Source of the DNA: Nitrospirota bacterium
GTDB taxonomy: Bacteria; Nitrospirota; Thermodesulfovibrionia; Thermodesulfovibrionales; Dissulfurispiraceae
NCBI GenBank assembly: GCA_963710375.1
Contig: CAVPZX010000002.1
Coordinates: 384,001-448,000 of the forward strand
Direction of reading: 5' to 3'
DNA: 64,000 nt
Shown here: piece after piece, positions 1 through 8,462 of the stretch
How positions within the stretch are numbered: the first letter of the stretch is position 1
Layout: each line of letters begins with the position of its first letter
The notes under the pieces: generated by a model
Told to the model about the DNA's origin: nothing
The model's input: the letters and a program-made list of their open reading frames with translations, nothing else
Database searches by the model: none
Position numbers and translations under genes: made by a program

Positions 1-1
1 A

Positions 2-1081
2 GAACTCATAAAAGTAAACTCCTCTTCATTACACGAAAGAGAGATAGGAGAATTGCTCGCGGTTGAATTACGCCAGGCCGGATGCAGCGTCACCATTCAG
101 GACTACGGCGATTCTTTTAATCTTATCGCTTTTAAAGAGAGCTCAAATCGGGCTGTCCCTACTCTTATTTTAAGCGCACATATGGATACAATAGAATCCT
201 CAGAAGGCATAATTTTCTCAATTGACAACGACACAATCAGGACTACAGGCCCAACCATCCTAGGCGCCGACGACAAGAGCGCCCTTGCCCAGATTATTGA
301 AGCACTCCTGGTCCTGCAAGAGCAGGGAATTCCTCATGGTGACATTGAAATTATTTTCAGCTCCGCAGAAGAAACAGGGCTGCTTGGTGCACGAAATCTT
401 GATTTCGCGGGCATAAGGGGCAGACATGCCATTGTTATGGACTCAAGCGGCAGCGTAGGCAGCCTGGTAGTTGCCGCCCCTACCCACGTCACCTATGAAA
501 TGCAGATTCTAGGAAAGTCGGCCCATGCCGGAATAGAGCCTGAGCGCGGTATCAGCGCAATACGGGTCGCTTCGCGTATCATCGCTGAAATCCCTGATGG
601 AAGGATAGACCCTGAAACCACGGCAAACATAGGCATTATAAAAGGTGGGTCGGCCACCAATGTTGTCCCTCAGGACGTCGTCATAAAAGGAGAGATCAGG
701 GGGCACAGCGCTGAGAAAATAGAACAGACAAAAAAAAGAATCTTTGGGACTGCCCGGGACATTACCGAACAACACCATGCCCTGATCACCATAGCAGAGC
801 GGGAAGAATATACTGCATACACTATTGACAGCAGCGCGCCGTTTCTTCTTTATCTCGCAAGCGTTTTAAAAAAATGCCAATTATCTCCTGCATATACAGT
901 TACGGGTGGAGGATCGGATGCGAACATCTTTAATCAAAAAGGCATACAAGCTATCAATATCTCAACAGGAATGCAGAAAGTGCATTCAACAGAGGAGTTT
1001 ATAAGCATTAAAGACCTTTATGCCGGTTGTATGGTTGTCATCAATGCCATAGCGGGCTTTGACAGTTTTTTAAACCAATAA
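2..1081 (+). CDS. M20/M25/M40 family metallopeptidase (peptidase T-like), 5'-truncated by window edge
   Basis: Motifs SAHMDT, GADDK, AEETG, GGGSDAN, VHSTEE. The frame is open from base 2 (ELIKVNSSSLHERE...), upstream of the listed TTG at 53. Confidence 0.9.
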   Translation, partial: ELIKVNSSSLHEREIGELLAVELRQAGCSVTIQDYGDSFNLIAFKESSNRAVPTLILSAHMDTIESSEGIIFSIDNDTIRTTGPTILGADDKSALAQIIEALLVLQEQGIPHGDIEIIFSSAEETGLLGARNLDFAGIRGRHAIVMDSSGSVGSLVVAAPTHVTYEMQILGKSAHAGIEPERGISAIRVASRIIAEIPDGRIDPETTANIGIIKGGSATNVVPQDVVIKGEIRGHSAEKIEQTKKRIFGTARDITEQHHALITIAEREEYTAYTIDSSAPFLLYLASVLKKCQLSPAYTVTGGGSDANIFNQKGIQAINISTGMQKVHSTEEFISIKDLYAGCMVVINAIAGFDSFLNQ

Positions 1082-1101
1082 AATGATTTCCCCCTGCATC
1101 T

Positions 1102-2556
1102 TCAAACTCTCCTCATCAGCATTCTGCGAATAGCGTTTTGTACACGTTGAATGGGTTCTCTGCGATAATCCCATTGTGAGCCTTGATCAGGTGGATTGAC
1201 AACCATCGTTGCGTTGGCTTCAAAGAGAAGGACTTCACCGTGATCGTTTAGACCAAAATCAATACCTGCATAATCGAGCTCAAGATGTTGTTGAATTTGC
1301 TTCAGAGCTTCCATGGCTTTTAAACCGATAGTATTAGGCATGTCTTCCAGAAATTTAGCATCTTCTGCACGGTTTTCCGGGTTGTTCGTCATATCTGCTG
1401 TAAAGTAATGGACTTTCCAGTTACGCGAAATAGCCGCGTGCAATGGATAGATTTCACCGTCAATGAACATGACTCGATATTTACGCATATAACCATCGGC
1501 ATTCACAGACTCGAGATATTCGATGACCATTAGTTCTTTGCCAGGTAAATTATTGATTATTTCATTCAGATCTTTTTCATTTTCAATTTTGAAAAAAAAT
1601 TTCCCTGTATGAAATCCCGGTTTGCGAATTAAAAACGGAAATTTAAAACCAATGTTCGAGAGAAAGTTATATGTGAGGTTTTCTCGCCTGATAGTATCTA
1701 TTTTAGGCGTTATTACTCCTGGGATATGGCTAAGTCTGGCTGCATTGTCAATGCGTCCTGTAACCTTAACAGCCGAAGGTTTATTGATGACTGGTTTAGT
1801 TGTAAGGGTAAGAATTTTTTCAGCTTGCTCCAAGGCTGTTTGACATAAATCAGCATCACCGACTGAGTTAAAAACCAAATGATGCGGTGGTAGAGGCAAT
1901 GATGTATCGAAATACTCTACAGCAAGGGCAGTGGTTAAAAATATTTGATCATCCAGATGATGGAGTAAAGGGATGTTTCCTCCGGTTGCGGAAAAAAGAA
2001 CAAGAATGTTAATTGGCGGCACTTTCCCACGATACGGAAATACGGTAATAGTGCGGTTCTGAAATCCTAATGCTCGGTGATATATTGCCTTTTCTTCCTC
2101 CCCGGTCTCCATTAAAACATAGGCAAGACCTTGATGAGCATTGGCCAGGTTTGGATCAAATTGAAGCGCAATTTCGTAGTGTTTTCGTGCATCAGTCAGC
2201 TCCGAGTCTTCTCTTAATACTGTGGCCAAATTAACGTGACCAATTGGATTATTTGGATGTTGCTTTACAGCTTCAGCGAATGCAATTCGTGCAGCATTTC
2301 TGAATCCCATCGAATAAGCTAACATCCCCAGATTAATAAGCGTATCAAAATCTGTTGGTTCTTCAACTAATATATTAAAGTAGACGTCTTTTGCTTTTTC
2401 TTTTTGACCTAATTCAACAAGGGTACGCGCATATTCCAAACGCAATGCGTTTGTTTTTTCTCCTGCATCCATACGTTTCTCAATTTGATCCAACTTTTCC
2501 TTAAGCAACAAGTATGGAATCCAGTTCTTCATTTTATGAGCAGGATTATTATCCAT
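1102..2556 (-). CDS. TPR-repeat protein with C-terminal RimK-like ATP-grasp domain
   Basis: N-terminal TPRs (e.g. ALQFDPNLANAHQGLA). ATP-grasp motifs FPFLIRKPGFHTG, KYRVMFIDG, LDYAGIDFG, LLFEAN. The ATG at 2556 overlaps the serC stop. Confidence 0.8.
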   Translation of the reverse strand: MDNNPAHKMKNWIPYLLLKEKLDQIEKRMDAGEKTNALRLEYARTLVELGQKEKAKDVYFNILVEEPTDFDTLINLGMLAYSMGFRNAARIAFAEAVKQHPNNPIGHVNLATVLREDSELTDARKHYEIALQFDPNLANAHQGLAYVLMETGEEEKAIYHRALGFQNRTITVFPYRGKVPPINILVLFSATGGNIPLLHHLDDQIFLTTALAVEYFDTSLPLPPHHLVFNSVGDADLCQTALEQAEKILTLTTKPVINKPSAVKVTGRIDNAARLSHIPGVITPKIDTIRRENLTYNFLSNIGFKFPFLIRKPGFHTGKFFFKIENEKDLNEIINNLPGKELMVIEYLESVNADGYMRKYRVMFIDGEIYPLHAAISRNWKVHYFTADMTNNPENRAEDAKFLEDMPNTIGLKAMEALKQIQQHLELDYAGIDFGLNDHGEVLLFEANATMVVNPPDQGSQWDYRREPIQRVQNAIRRMLMRRV

Positions 2557-3640
2557 GTAGACGAAGAAATTCAACTAACCAGGTAGACAGCGCATTAGCT
2601 GCATCCAGAGAAACGGCATTGTATAACGATACTCTCAGCCCCCCAATCGAACGATGGCCTTCAAGCCCATGAAATCCTTCTCGGTGAGAAGCCTCTAAAA
2701 ATAATGTTTCCAAAGACGGGTTCGGCAAGCTAAAAACAATATTCATTGTTGAGCGAAAAGGTCGTTGACTATGCACCCGATAAAACCCGGCATCCGTATC
2801 TAACGCGCCATAAATCAAATCCGCTTTTATCCGATTAATCGCACCCATAGCAGCCAGCCCCCCAATTTTATCTCGTAACCACCGCGTCACCAGCATGAGG
2901 ACGTAGATGGAAAAAACCGGCGGTGTATTAAATACGGACTTTGCTTGAATATGCGTACGGTAATCCAGCATACTAGGTAATGTTCTGTTGGCCCTCTTTA
3001 CAAACCCGTCCTCCAAGATACACACAGCGACTCCCGATGGTCCTAGATTTTTCTGAGCATGCGCATAGATAAAGGCATATTTGTCTATTGCAACAGTTGA
3101 AGCAAGCAAATTGGAAGACATATCGCACACGAGCGGAACATCGTTCAAACCTGGTATCCAGGTAAATTCAAGCCCCTCAACAGTCTCATTGGAAACGTAA
3201 TGAAGATAAGTCGCATCATGGGAAAGATCCAGATCATTTAAGCTGGGCAAACAGGTATAACCGGTATCCTCTCCATCCCACACCACCTTCGCATCACCTT
3301 CAATTTGACCCTCTCTGAATGCTTTAGCGCTCCAGTATCCCGACACAATATATTCTGCATGTCGGTTAGTGCCGCGCAAAAAATTCATCGGCAGCATGGA
3401 AAACTGCAGACTGCTGCCTCCTTGCATAAAAATTACATGATAGTTATCCGGGATCTCAAGTAACTTGCGTAAATTATTCTCTGCTTCATCAAGGACGTCT
3501 CGAAACCATGCAGAGCGATGGCTCATACATAGTACAGATATTCCCGTTTCGGGTAAAGCTTCTACCGCCTTGCTTGCTTCCAGGAGTACTTCTATGGGCA
3601 AGGCACCTGGACCGGCTGAGAAATTCATAGTATTGCTCAT
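2549..3640 (-). CDS. serC: phosphoserine aminotransferase
   Basis: NFSAGP, SHRS, QGGSSLQF, HAQKNLGP (PLP lysine), NTPP, GHRSIGGLRVSLYNA. Confidence 0.95.
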   Translation of the reverse strand: MSNTMNFSAGPGALPIEVLLEASKAVEALPETGISVLCMSHRSAWFRDVLDEAENNLRKLLEIPDNYHVIFMQGGSSLQFSMLPMNFLRGTNRHAEYIVSGYWSAKAFREGQIEGDAKVVWDGEDTGYTCLPSLNDLDLSHDATYLHYVSNETVEGLEFTWIPGLNDVPLVCDMSSNLLASTVAIDKYAFIYAHAQKNLGPSGVAVCILEDGFVKRANRTLPSMLDYRTHIQAKSVFNTPPVFSIYVLMLVTRWLRDKIGGLAAMGAINRIKADLIYGALDTDAGFYRVHSQRPFRSTMNIVFSLPNPSLETLFLEASHREGFHGLEGHRSIGGLRVSLYNAVSLDAANALSTWLVEFLRLHG

Positions 3641-3730
3641 TGAGTGGAACTCTCCATATGCTTAAGGTCTTGAACCTATCAAACGCTTCTTCTGAGCGTC
3701 TGAATGCCCAAGTTATTTATTCGCAGACCC

Positions 3731-4060
3731 TTAAAATCTATTTAAAATTAAAAGAGCTAAAACAACATAAAGGGTGAACCCGGTTGTCAGCGAGGGTAGA
3801 AAACCGAGGCGCGGCGTCAAAAAAATAACGGCAAAAATATACGTAAACCATGGGAGCATCATCATGACCAGACCCTTGGCATAAGGCACAATGGCCTTCT
3901 GCCCTGCTTCATTATAAATCATAAGAAACGTAACAAGTGTGATGACCGGCATATTTGCCAAAAAAGCCCCAAGGAGGGGTCTAGCATGACTCGCAAAATA
4001 AGTGACAACACTTATCACTATCCCGCCGACTAAGAAATAAAAAACGTATTTTAATTCCAT
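3731..4060 (-). CDS. small integral membrane protein (DUF3147-like)
   Basis: 109 aa with about 4 hydrophobic helices, F-x-x-GG start and GAFLANMP motif. Confidence 0.65.
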   Translation of the reverse strand: MELKYVFYFLVGGIVISVVTYFASHARPLLGAFLANMPVITLVTFLMIYNEAGQKAIVPYAKGLVMMMLPWFTYIFAVIFLTPRLGFLPSLTTGFTLYVVLALLILNRF

Positions 4061-4104
4061 AGGATATTATAACAGCATTATCACACTTGATACAGATGAA
4101 CTGC

Positions 4105-4286
4105 ATATGCGGTAGCGGGCCAGTTTGTTTTTGCTCTGTATCAATTAGCCGTTCAATTCAATCACTGGCCTGTATTTGGCATTATTTGTGGTCGCCACTT
4201 CTATATATGTGGACTCGGCGTTACTCGCCCACTACTGATAACCCAGGTGATACATAGCAAAAACAAACTGGTCCACTACCGCATAT
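4105..4286. repeat. ~182-bp MITE-like element A with 39-bp terminal inverted arms
   Basis: Left arm atatgcggtagcgggccagtttgtttttgctctgtatca matches the reverse complement of 4248-4286 with 3 mismatches. The internal core is shared with 51011-51191. Confidence 0.75.
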
Positions 4287-4317
4287 CCTGCAGATGTCAA
4301 AAAGGCAAAATTTTTTT

Positions 4318-4368
4318 AAGGGCGGCCAGGCTTTTTGCACTCTTACGAGCTACTTGCCTGCCGCCCTT
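4318..4368 (-). repeat. structured hairpin H7, near-identical copy of H2 (7447-7493)
   Basis: GGCGGCAGGC-AAGTA-GCTC-GTAA-GAGT-GCAAAAA-GCCTGGCCGCC on the minus strand. Confidence 0.75.
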
Positions 4369-4407
4369 GTTGCGATAGACTAATCCGGCCTTCAAGGATT
4401 TCTTTAT

Positions 4408-4725
4408 CTATTGGTGTTTTCGCGCAATCTTGTGGAGAAAGTCGTACACCTTTTCCCGCAAATACTTTGCTGTCCGCGACAGTGTCGCCAGCGCCTTTTG
4501 AATTTTTTCCAGGATACCGGGAAGAATGTCGTCGCACACATACACCCAGCCCTCGCTTATTCTCTCCCTAAGATATCCAAAACATCTTCCGATAGCTACG
4601 TGGAAATGTTCGATTACCCTTTCCAGAATATACGCGATATAAACTTCTACTGCGAGCCTGCCAAAGTTTGACAACTCCTCATGGTGGCTCAATATGTGTC
4701 CCACTACACGCTCGACTGCTTTCAT
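4408..4725 (-). CDS. hypothetical helical protein, 105 aa
   Basis: Strong RBS AGGAGG just upstream of the ATG, preceded by hairpin H6. No recognised family. Confidence 0.6.
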   Translation of the reverse strand: MKAVERVVGHILSHHEELSNFGRLAVEVYIAYILERVIEHFHVAIGRCFGYLRERISEGWVYVCDDILPGILEKIQKALATLSRTAKYLREKVYDFLHKIARKHQ

Positions 4726-4738
4726 TTATCCTCCTGTT

Positions 4739-4790
4739 AAAAAACCCGCCGGGGCGTTATACACTTCCAGGGCAGGCGTTAAGGGTTAGG
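4739..4790 (-). promoter_or_regulatory. hairpin + U-tract H6 upstream of the 105-aa ORF
   Basis: TAACCCTTAAC...CGCCCCGGCGGGTTTTTT followed by the RBS; related in sequence to H5. Confidence 0.6.
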
Positions 4791-4844
4791 GAAGCTGGAT
4801 TTTTTAGTCGGGTAGGTTAAATGTGGCACTTACAGGGCAACGGA

Positions 4845-5960
4845 CTATTCGTACTTCAAAACGAGCCCCTGAATATACTGCTCGAATTGGGCTGCGATTT
4901 CCCTGTCATACATCGTGATCATGTTCTCCGCGTTTTCGGTAGCGTTAGTAGAGAAGTTGAAACTTCCGGTCTTTACAACATACCCATCGACAACAAGCAA
5001 TTTGTCATGCATGAAATCATGGGGCCCATCTTCGCTATATGGCGTGGAATGCTTGGCAACCAATTCTTTACTTATGACATTCCACAGCTCGATTTTGGTC
5101 TTGCCGGCGCCATTGTTGCCCCTGTCAAAGGCCCTTACAATATGGTCCATCTCCGGCCCGTCATAGATGCCCCATATTTTTACGCCACGTCTTATTGCAG
5201 TGACCAGGGCATCCAAAACGTTACCGGAAGAAATAACCATCGAGGCAATGACGATCTCACTTTTCGCTGACGTTATCAGATCGGCGATACCTTGATCCAT
5301 AGCTGCGCCATCACCAGGTGCAAAATCTACTTCAACGTTGACCCCGTCGATTTCAGCATCGCCGTGATCGTCCTTGCCCGTTCCCGCAATGCGACCCGAC
5401 TCCCACAACTCCGCAAAGTCGGTCTCATAACATGCGGCGATATCCGGCGATTGCAGGATGACAATGTTGTTATCCTGAATGCTCCATGCGTCGGTGGTAA
5501 AATTGGCTGACCCCATCCAGACACGACGCGCGTCGGCGACTATGTACTTGCTGTGCATCAAGTGTCCACCGCCTTCAATCGGTAAGGCCTTGACATCAGG
5601 CGGAAGATCAAGTATTCCTTTGACCACCTTCACCTTTATATCTTGATGAAGACGCTGCAGGAAATTGCTGTCCGTTCCCGGAGCGGGGTCTTCTCCGGGT
5701 GCGGATTTTCGTTTCCTGTTTTGCTCGAAGTAGGCGACCCTAACATCCATTCCAGCTGCAGCCTTGTTGCTTAGAGCATCGATTACGATCTCAGCTTCGC
5801 CCTCATCAAGACGGAAATCGTAGATGGCGATGTGGACGCTCTCGCGAGCCTCGCCGACGAACTCACTGAATTTTTCAGTGACCTTCATTGCCTGTGCTTT
5901 TCTTGTATTTTCGGTATCCTGCGCTGTTAAAAGCGTCAGCTCAATATTGTTAGTCATCAT
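4845..5960 (-). CDS. phospholipase D superfamily protein with two HKD motifs (possible nuclease)
   Basis: HSKYIVAD...GSANFT and HDKLLVVD...GSFNFS. RBS AAGGAG. No signal peptide evident. Confidence 0.85.
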   Translation of the reverse strand: MMTNNIELTLLTAQDTENTRKAQAMKVTEKFSEFVGEARESVHIAIYDFRLDEGEAEIVIDALSNKAAAGMDVRVAYFEQNRKRKSAPGEDPAPGTDSNFLQRLHQDIKVKVVKGILDLPPDVKALPIEGGGHLMHSKYIVADARRVWMGSANFTTDAWSIQDNNIVILQSPDIAACYETDFAELWESGRIAGTGKDDHGDAEIDGVNVEVDFAPGDGAAMDQGIADLITSAKSEIVIASMVISSGNVLDALVTAIRRGVKIWGIYDGPEMDHIVRAFDRGNNGAGKTKIELWNVISKELVAKHSTPYSEDGPHDFMHDKLLVVDGYVVKTGSFNFSTNATENAENMITMYDREIAAQFEQYIQGLVLKYE

Positions 5961-5979
5961 TTTTTCTCCTTTTTGAGAT

Positions 5980-6029
5980 AAAAAAACCCGCTGGGCGTCA
6001 AACGCCGGACAGCGGGTGTTGAGGGTTAA
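5980..6029 (-). promoter_or_regulatory. hairpin + U-tract H5 upstream of the PLD gene
   Basis: TAACCCTCAACACCCGCTG...CGCCCAGCGGGTTTTTT followed by the RBS. Confidence 0.6.
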
Positions 6030-6051
6030 TGGTTGCTAAGATTTTGAACGC

Positions 6052-6120
6052 AAAAAAGCCGGTCACTCCGAAAACTCAAGCGCACAGAAAGCTGCGTGCC
6101 GAGTGTCCAGAATGCCGGCC
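6052..6120 (-). terminator. long imperfect hairpin + U-tract H4 downstream of the HD gene
   Basis: GCCGG-CATTCTGGA...TTCGGAGTG-A-CCGGC-TTTTTT. Confidence 0.6.
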
Positions 6121-6140
6121 TGAATGATGGTTTATACTTG

Positions 6141-7169
6141 TTAGTTGCTGCTCATTAACTGCACAGCAGCCTTTTCAAAACCGCCGTCACTCATTGAGGC
6201 GATGTAGTCCACTGCGATTCGCTGAGCCGGTGTTGTTCTGATATAAGATGCGCCGATGCCCTCAGCCCAGTTTCTGACTGGAAATAACTCTGATTCGGCA
6301 AGCTGTTCGCGGTACACCTGAAAGAGCATGTGGAACTTTCTCTCCCTCTCCTTCCTCAGTTCGTTTGAGATTGTTTTTGAGTAAATCGACCTGTAGCAGA
6401 ACTTCAGCAACCCTTCCAGTGCCTGGAATATGCTGTCAGAATAGCGGATAGCGGGTCTATTCCGGCTTTCACCTATAAGATCATTAATCAGGGCTTTCCG
6501 GATATTCGCCTCGCAGTTACCCAGCACAGCAACAGCTGCTTGAGGCAGGTCATCCCTTGTGATGAGCCCGAGCGAAATAGCATCCTCGATGTCCCTGCCG
6601 ATATAGGCGATAACATCCGAAGCCCTTACCACACAGCCTTCGAGCGTCATCGGCCTAATGTTCTTGCTAAAACCAGGCAACTCAAAACAGTTGTGAATTT
6701 CAGCGTGAAGCCTGCTGGCAGTTTTGTCGCAGTCCCGCTCAGACACCTGGCTAAGGGCCTCACCGTTATGGCATAGAACGCCATCTACTACAGACAGGGA
6801 AACGTTAAGGCCTTTTCCGCTCTTTTCAAGAAGCGTCAGGACTCTGGCGCTTTGGGCATTATGAGAAAAATAACCGCACCCTGAAGCTATACAGATATCA
6901 TTAAGATATTTTTCTCCCTCATGGCCATACGGCGGATGGCCGATATCGTGTGCAAGGGCTATAGCTTCGGCAAGACTTTCGTTAAGCCCCAGCGCCATGC
7001 TGATCTGCCGTGCTATATAACTGACAAACTGAACATGCAGCCACCTCCGTGTGATGCCTTCACCAGCAGACTCCGGAAATGCCTGCGTCTTATTGCATCT
7101 GGCATATGCCGCTGAATTAATGATCTCCCCTATTTCATAAAACAAGGTCTCTTTCCATATCTTTTTCAT
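6141..7169 (-). CDS. dgt: HD-domain dNTP triphosphohydrolase (dGTPase-like), divergent
   Basis: KTQAF, LHVQFVS, AIALAHDIGHPPYGHEGE, HN, TLEGCVVRASDVIAYIGRDIEDA, DYIASMSD. RBS GGAG supports the ATG at 7169 (MKKIW). Confidence 0.8.
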   Translation of the reverse strand: MKKIWKETLFYEIGEIINSAAYARCNKTQAFPESAGEGITRRWLHVQFVSYIARQISMALGLNESLAEAIALAHDIGHPPYGHEGEKYLNDICIASGCGYFSHNAQSARVLTLLEKSGKGLNVSLSVVDGVLCHNGEALSQVSERDCDKTASRLHAEIHNCFELPGFSKNIRPMTLEGCVVRASDVIAYIGRDIEDAISLGLITRDDLPQAAVAVLGNCEANIRKALINDLIGESRNRPAIRYSDSIFQALEGLLKFCYRSIYSKTISNELRKERERKFHMLFQVYREQLAESELFPVRNWAEGIGASYIRTTPAQRIAVDYIASMSDGGFEKAAVQLMSSN

Positions 7170-7188
7170 ACCGTTCTCCTTTCCAAAC

Positions 7189-7232
7189 AAAAAAGGCGGG
7201 CAGCCCGAAAAATCGAGCTGCCCGCCTTTTTT
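7189..7232. terminator. bidirectional terminator-like hairpin H3 just upstream of the dgt RBS
   Basis: aaaaaaggcgggcagcccgaaaaatcgagctgcccgcctttttt. Confidence 0.7.
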
Positions 7233-7250
7233 ATAGTTATTGCTGTTTGC

Positions 7251-7421
7251 CTATATTCTGCCTAAAACCCACTTCAGACTTTTCCTTTCTGCCTCAGTCA
7301 GTTCTGAAAGAGCCCTCACAACAAGCCAAGGGTTCTCCTTTATAAGAGTTTCAATCCTTTTATAGATGCCGGCTCCGGCAATTAGGCCCCTCTCTCTTGC
7401 AACGTGCTTGCCTCCGTTCAT
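7251..7421 (-). CDS. small hypothetical protein, 56 aa (below the ORF-track cutoff)
   Basis: Hand translation MNGGKHVARERGLIAGAGIYKRIETLIKENPWLVVRALSELTEAERKSLKWVLGRI. RBS AAAGGA. Fills the gap between H2 and H3. Confidence 0.55.
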   Translation of the reverse strand: MNGGKHVARERGLIAGAGIYKRIETLIKENPWLVVRALSELTEAERKSLKWVLGRI

Positions 7422-7446
7422 TGTGCACATCCTTTAAAAACAAAAA

Positions 7447-7493
7447 AAGGCGGCAGGCTTTTTCACTCATAAGAGTTACTTGCCTGCCGCCTT
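7447..7493 (-). promoter_or_regulatory. structured hairpin H2 + U-tract upstream of the 56-aa ORF
   Basis: GGCGGCAGGC-AAGTA-ACTC-TTAT-GAGT-GAAAAA-GCCTGCCGCC-TTTTTTT. Confidence 0.7.
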
Positions 7494-7556
7494 CGCTTAC
7501 TTCGTCTAAAAAGTTACTTCATCGCGCTAAAATTCCGAATGCCCTCCTCAATAAAC

Positions 7557-7600
7557 AAAAAAGGCACAGCCCCTTCCAAAGGTAGGGCAATGTGCTCTTT
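7557..7600 (-). promoter_or_regulatory. hairpin H1 + U-tract + RBS with no intact gene behind it
   Basis: GCACA-TT-GCCCT...GGGGC-TGTGC-CTTTTT then GAGGAGG; only ATG-AAG-TAA follows. Confidence 0.5.
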
Positions 7601-8118
7601 GCTGTAGCCGCCTATTCTGCAAACTCGTTAATAAAGTACTAACCTATTGTTTTTCAGTAAAAATAGAATACCTCTAAGGTGACAATTCCCCTACGCTGAT
7701 TTTTTGAGGTACTTTTGGCATGTCGCTTGAAGAGTGGATTGATCCAAGGTTTATATAAAACCTTATGAAAATCAATCAACAAAACTTTATAGAAATTGTA
7801 ATTAGATTTGACGGTTAAGGTTGTTTCTAAAAATAATGTAATGATAAAGGCCATCCCTGTAAATAGAAAAAATCCTTTAAAAACAAAACTAATTGAAATG
7901 TCGGCCAATTCTATTTAAAAAAAGTGAATCCCCCCCATTTGTCATAAAATGATGGACCAAACGTTAAGAAAACTCGGAAAAACAAGAATATCCATTTTAA
8001 AAAAACCATAAAAAACAAAAAACTCTTCGTTCAAATAAGAAGCACGCTAAACTCAGCACAGTAACATGATATGATTACGTTAATTTCTATTTGTCTTTCA
8101 TGTTGTTACCCGTTTCTC

Positions 8119-8184
8119 AATCACTCTTTCGTCACCTCTTCAGTCACTCGCTACTTTACGCTTTAGTCACTATGTCAGTCACCC
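8119..8184 (+). repeat. parC-like periodic repeats upstream of parM
   Basis: TCAC cores at 8121, 8132, 8144, (TTAC 8156), 8167 and 8179, spaced 11-12 bp. Confidence 0.5.
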
Positions 8185-8462
8185 GAACGCAATGAACTAT
8201 CAGTCCGCCTCCTGCCTTCCTTATGACCTACCACCCTGTAACGCTGAATGCACGACACTTGACGCTTTTAATGATGCTATCAACACGAAAGCTATAAGCT
8301 AACAAACAAGGCATCATGCCTCTTACTGAAAGCATATTGATAGCGAAAGTAATATCTCATAGCGTTCCATATTGAGCGCACAGCGTTATTGCTCAACAAT
8401 CCATGAAACATTAAGCATTTGCAACAGACCTATCATTTATTTCATATGGGAGGGAGAGTATT

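Noticed and set aside
4311..7600. Hairpin array read as an integron cassette array
   Set aside because: No integrase in the window, and no consistent RYYYAAC...GTTRRRY attC boundaries. The hairpins end in U-tracts.
7654..7908. 84-aa minus-strand ORF
   Set aside because: TTG start, no RBS, and an F/K/I-rich composition typical of AT-rich non-coding DNA.
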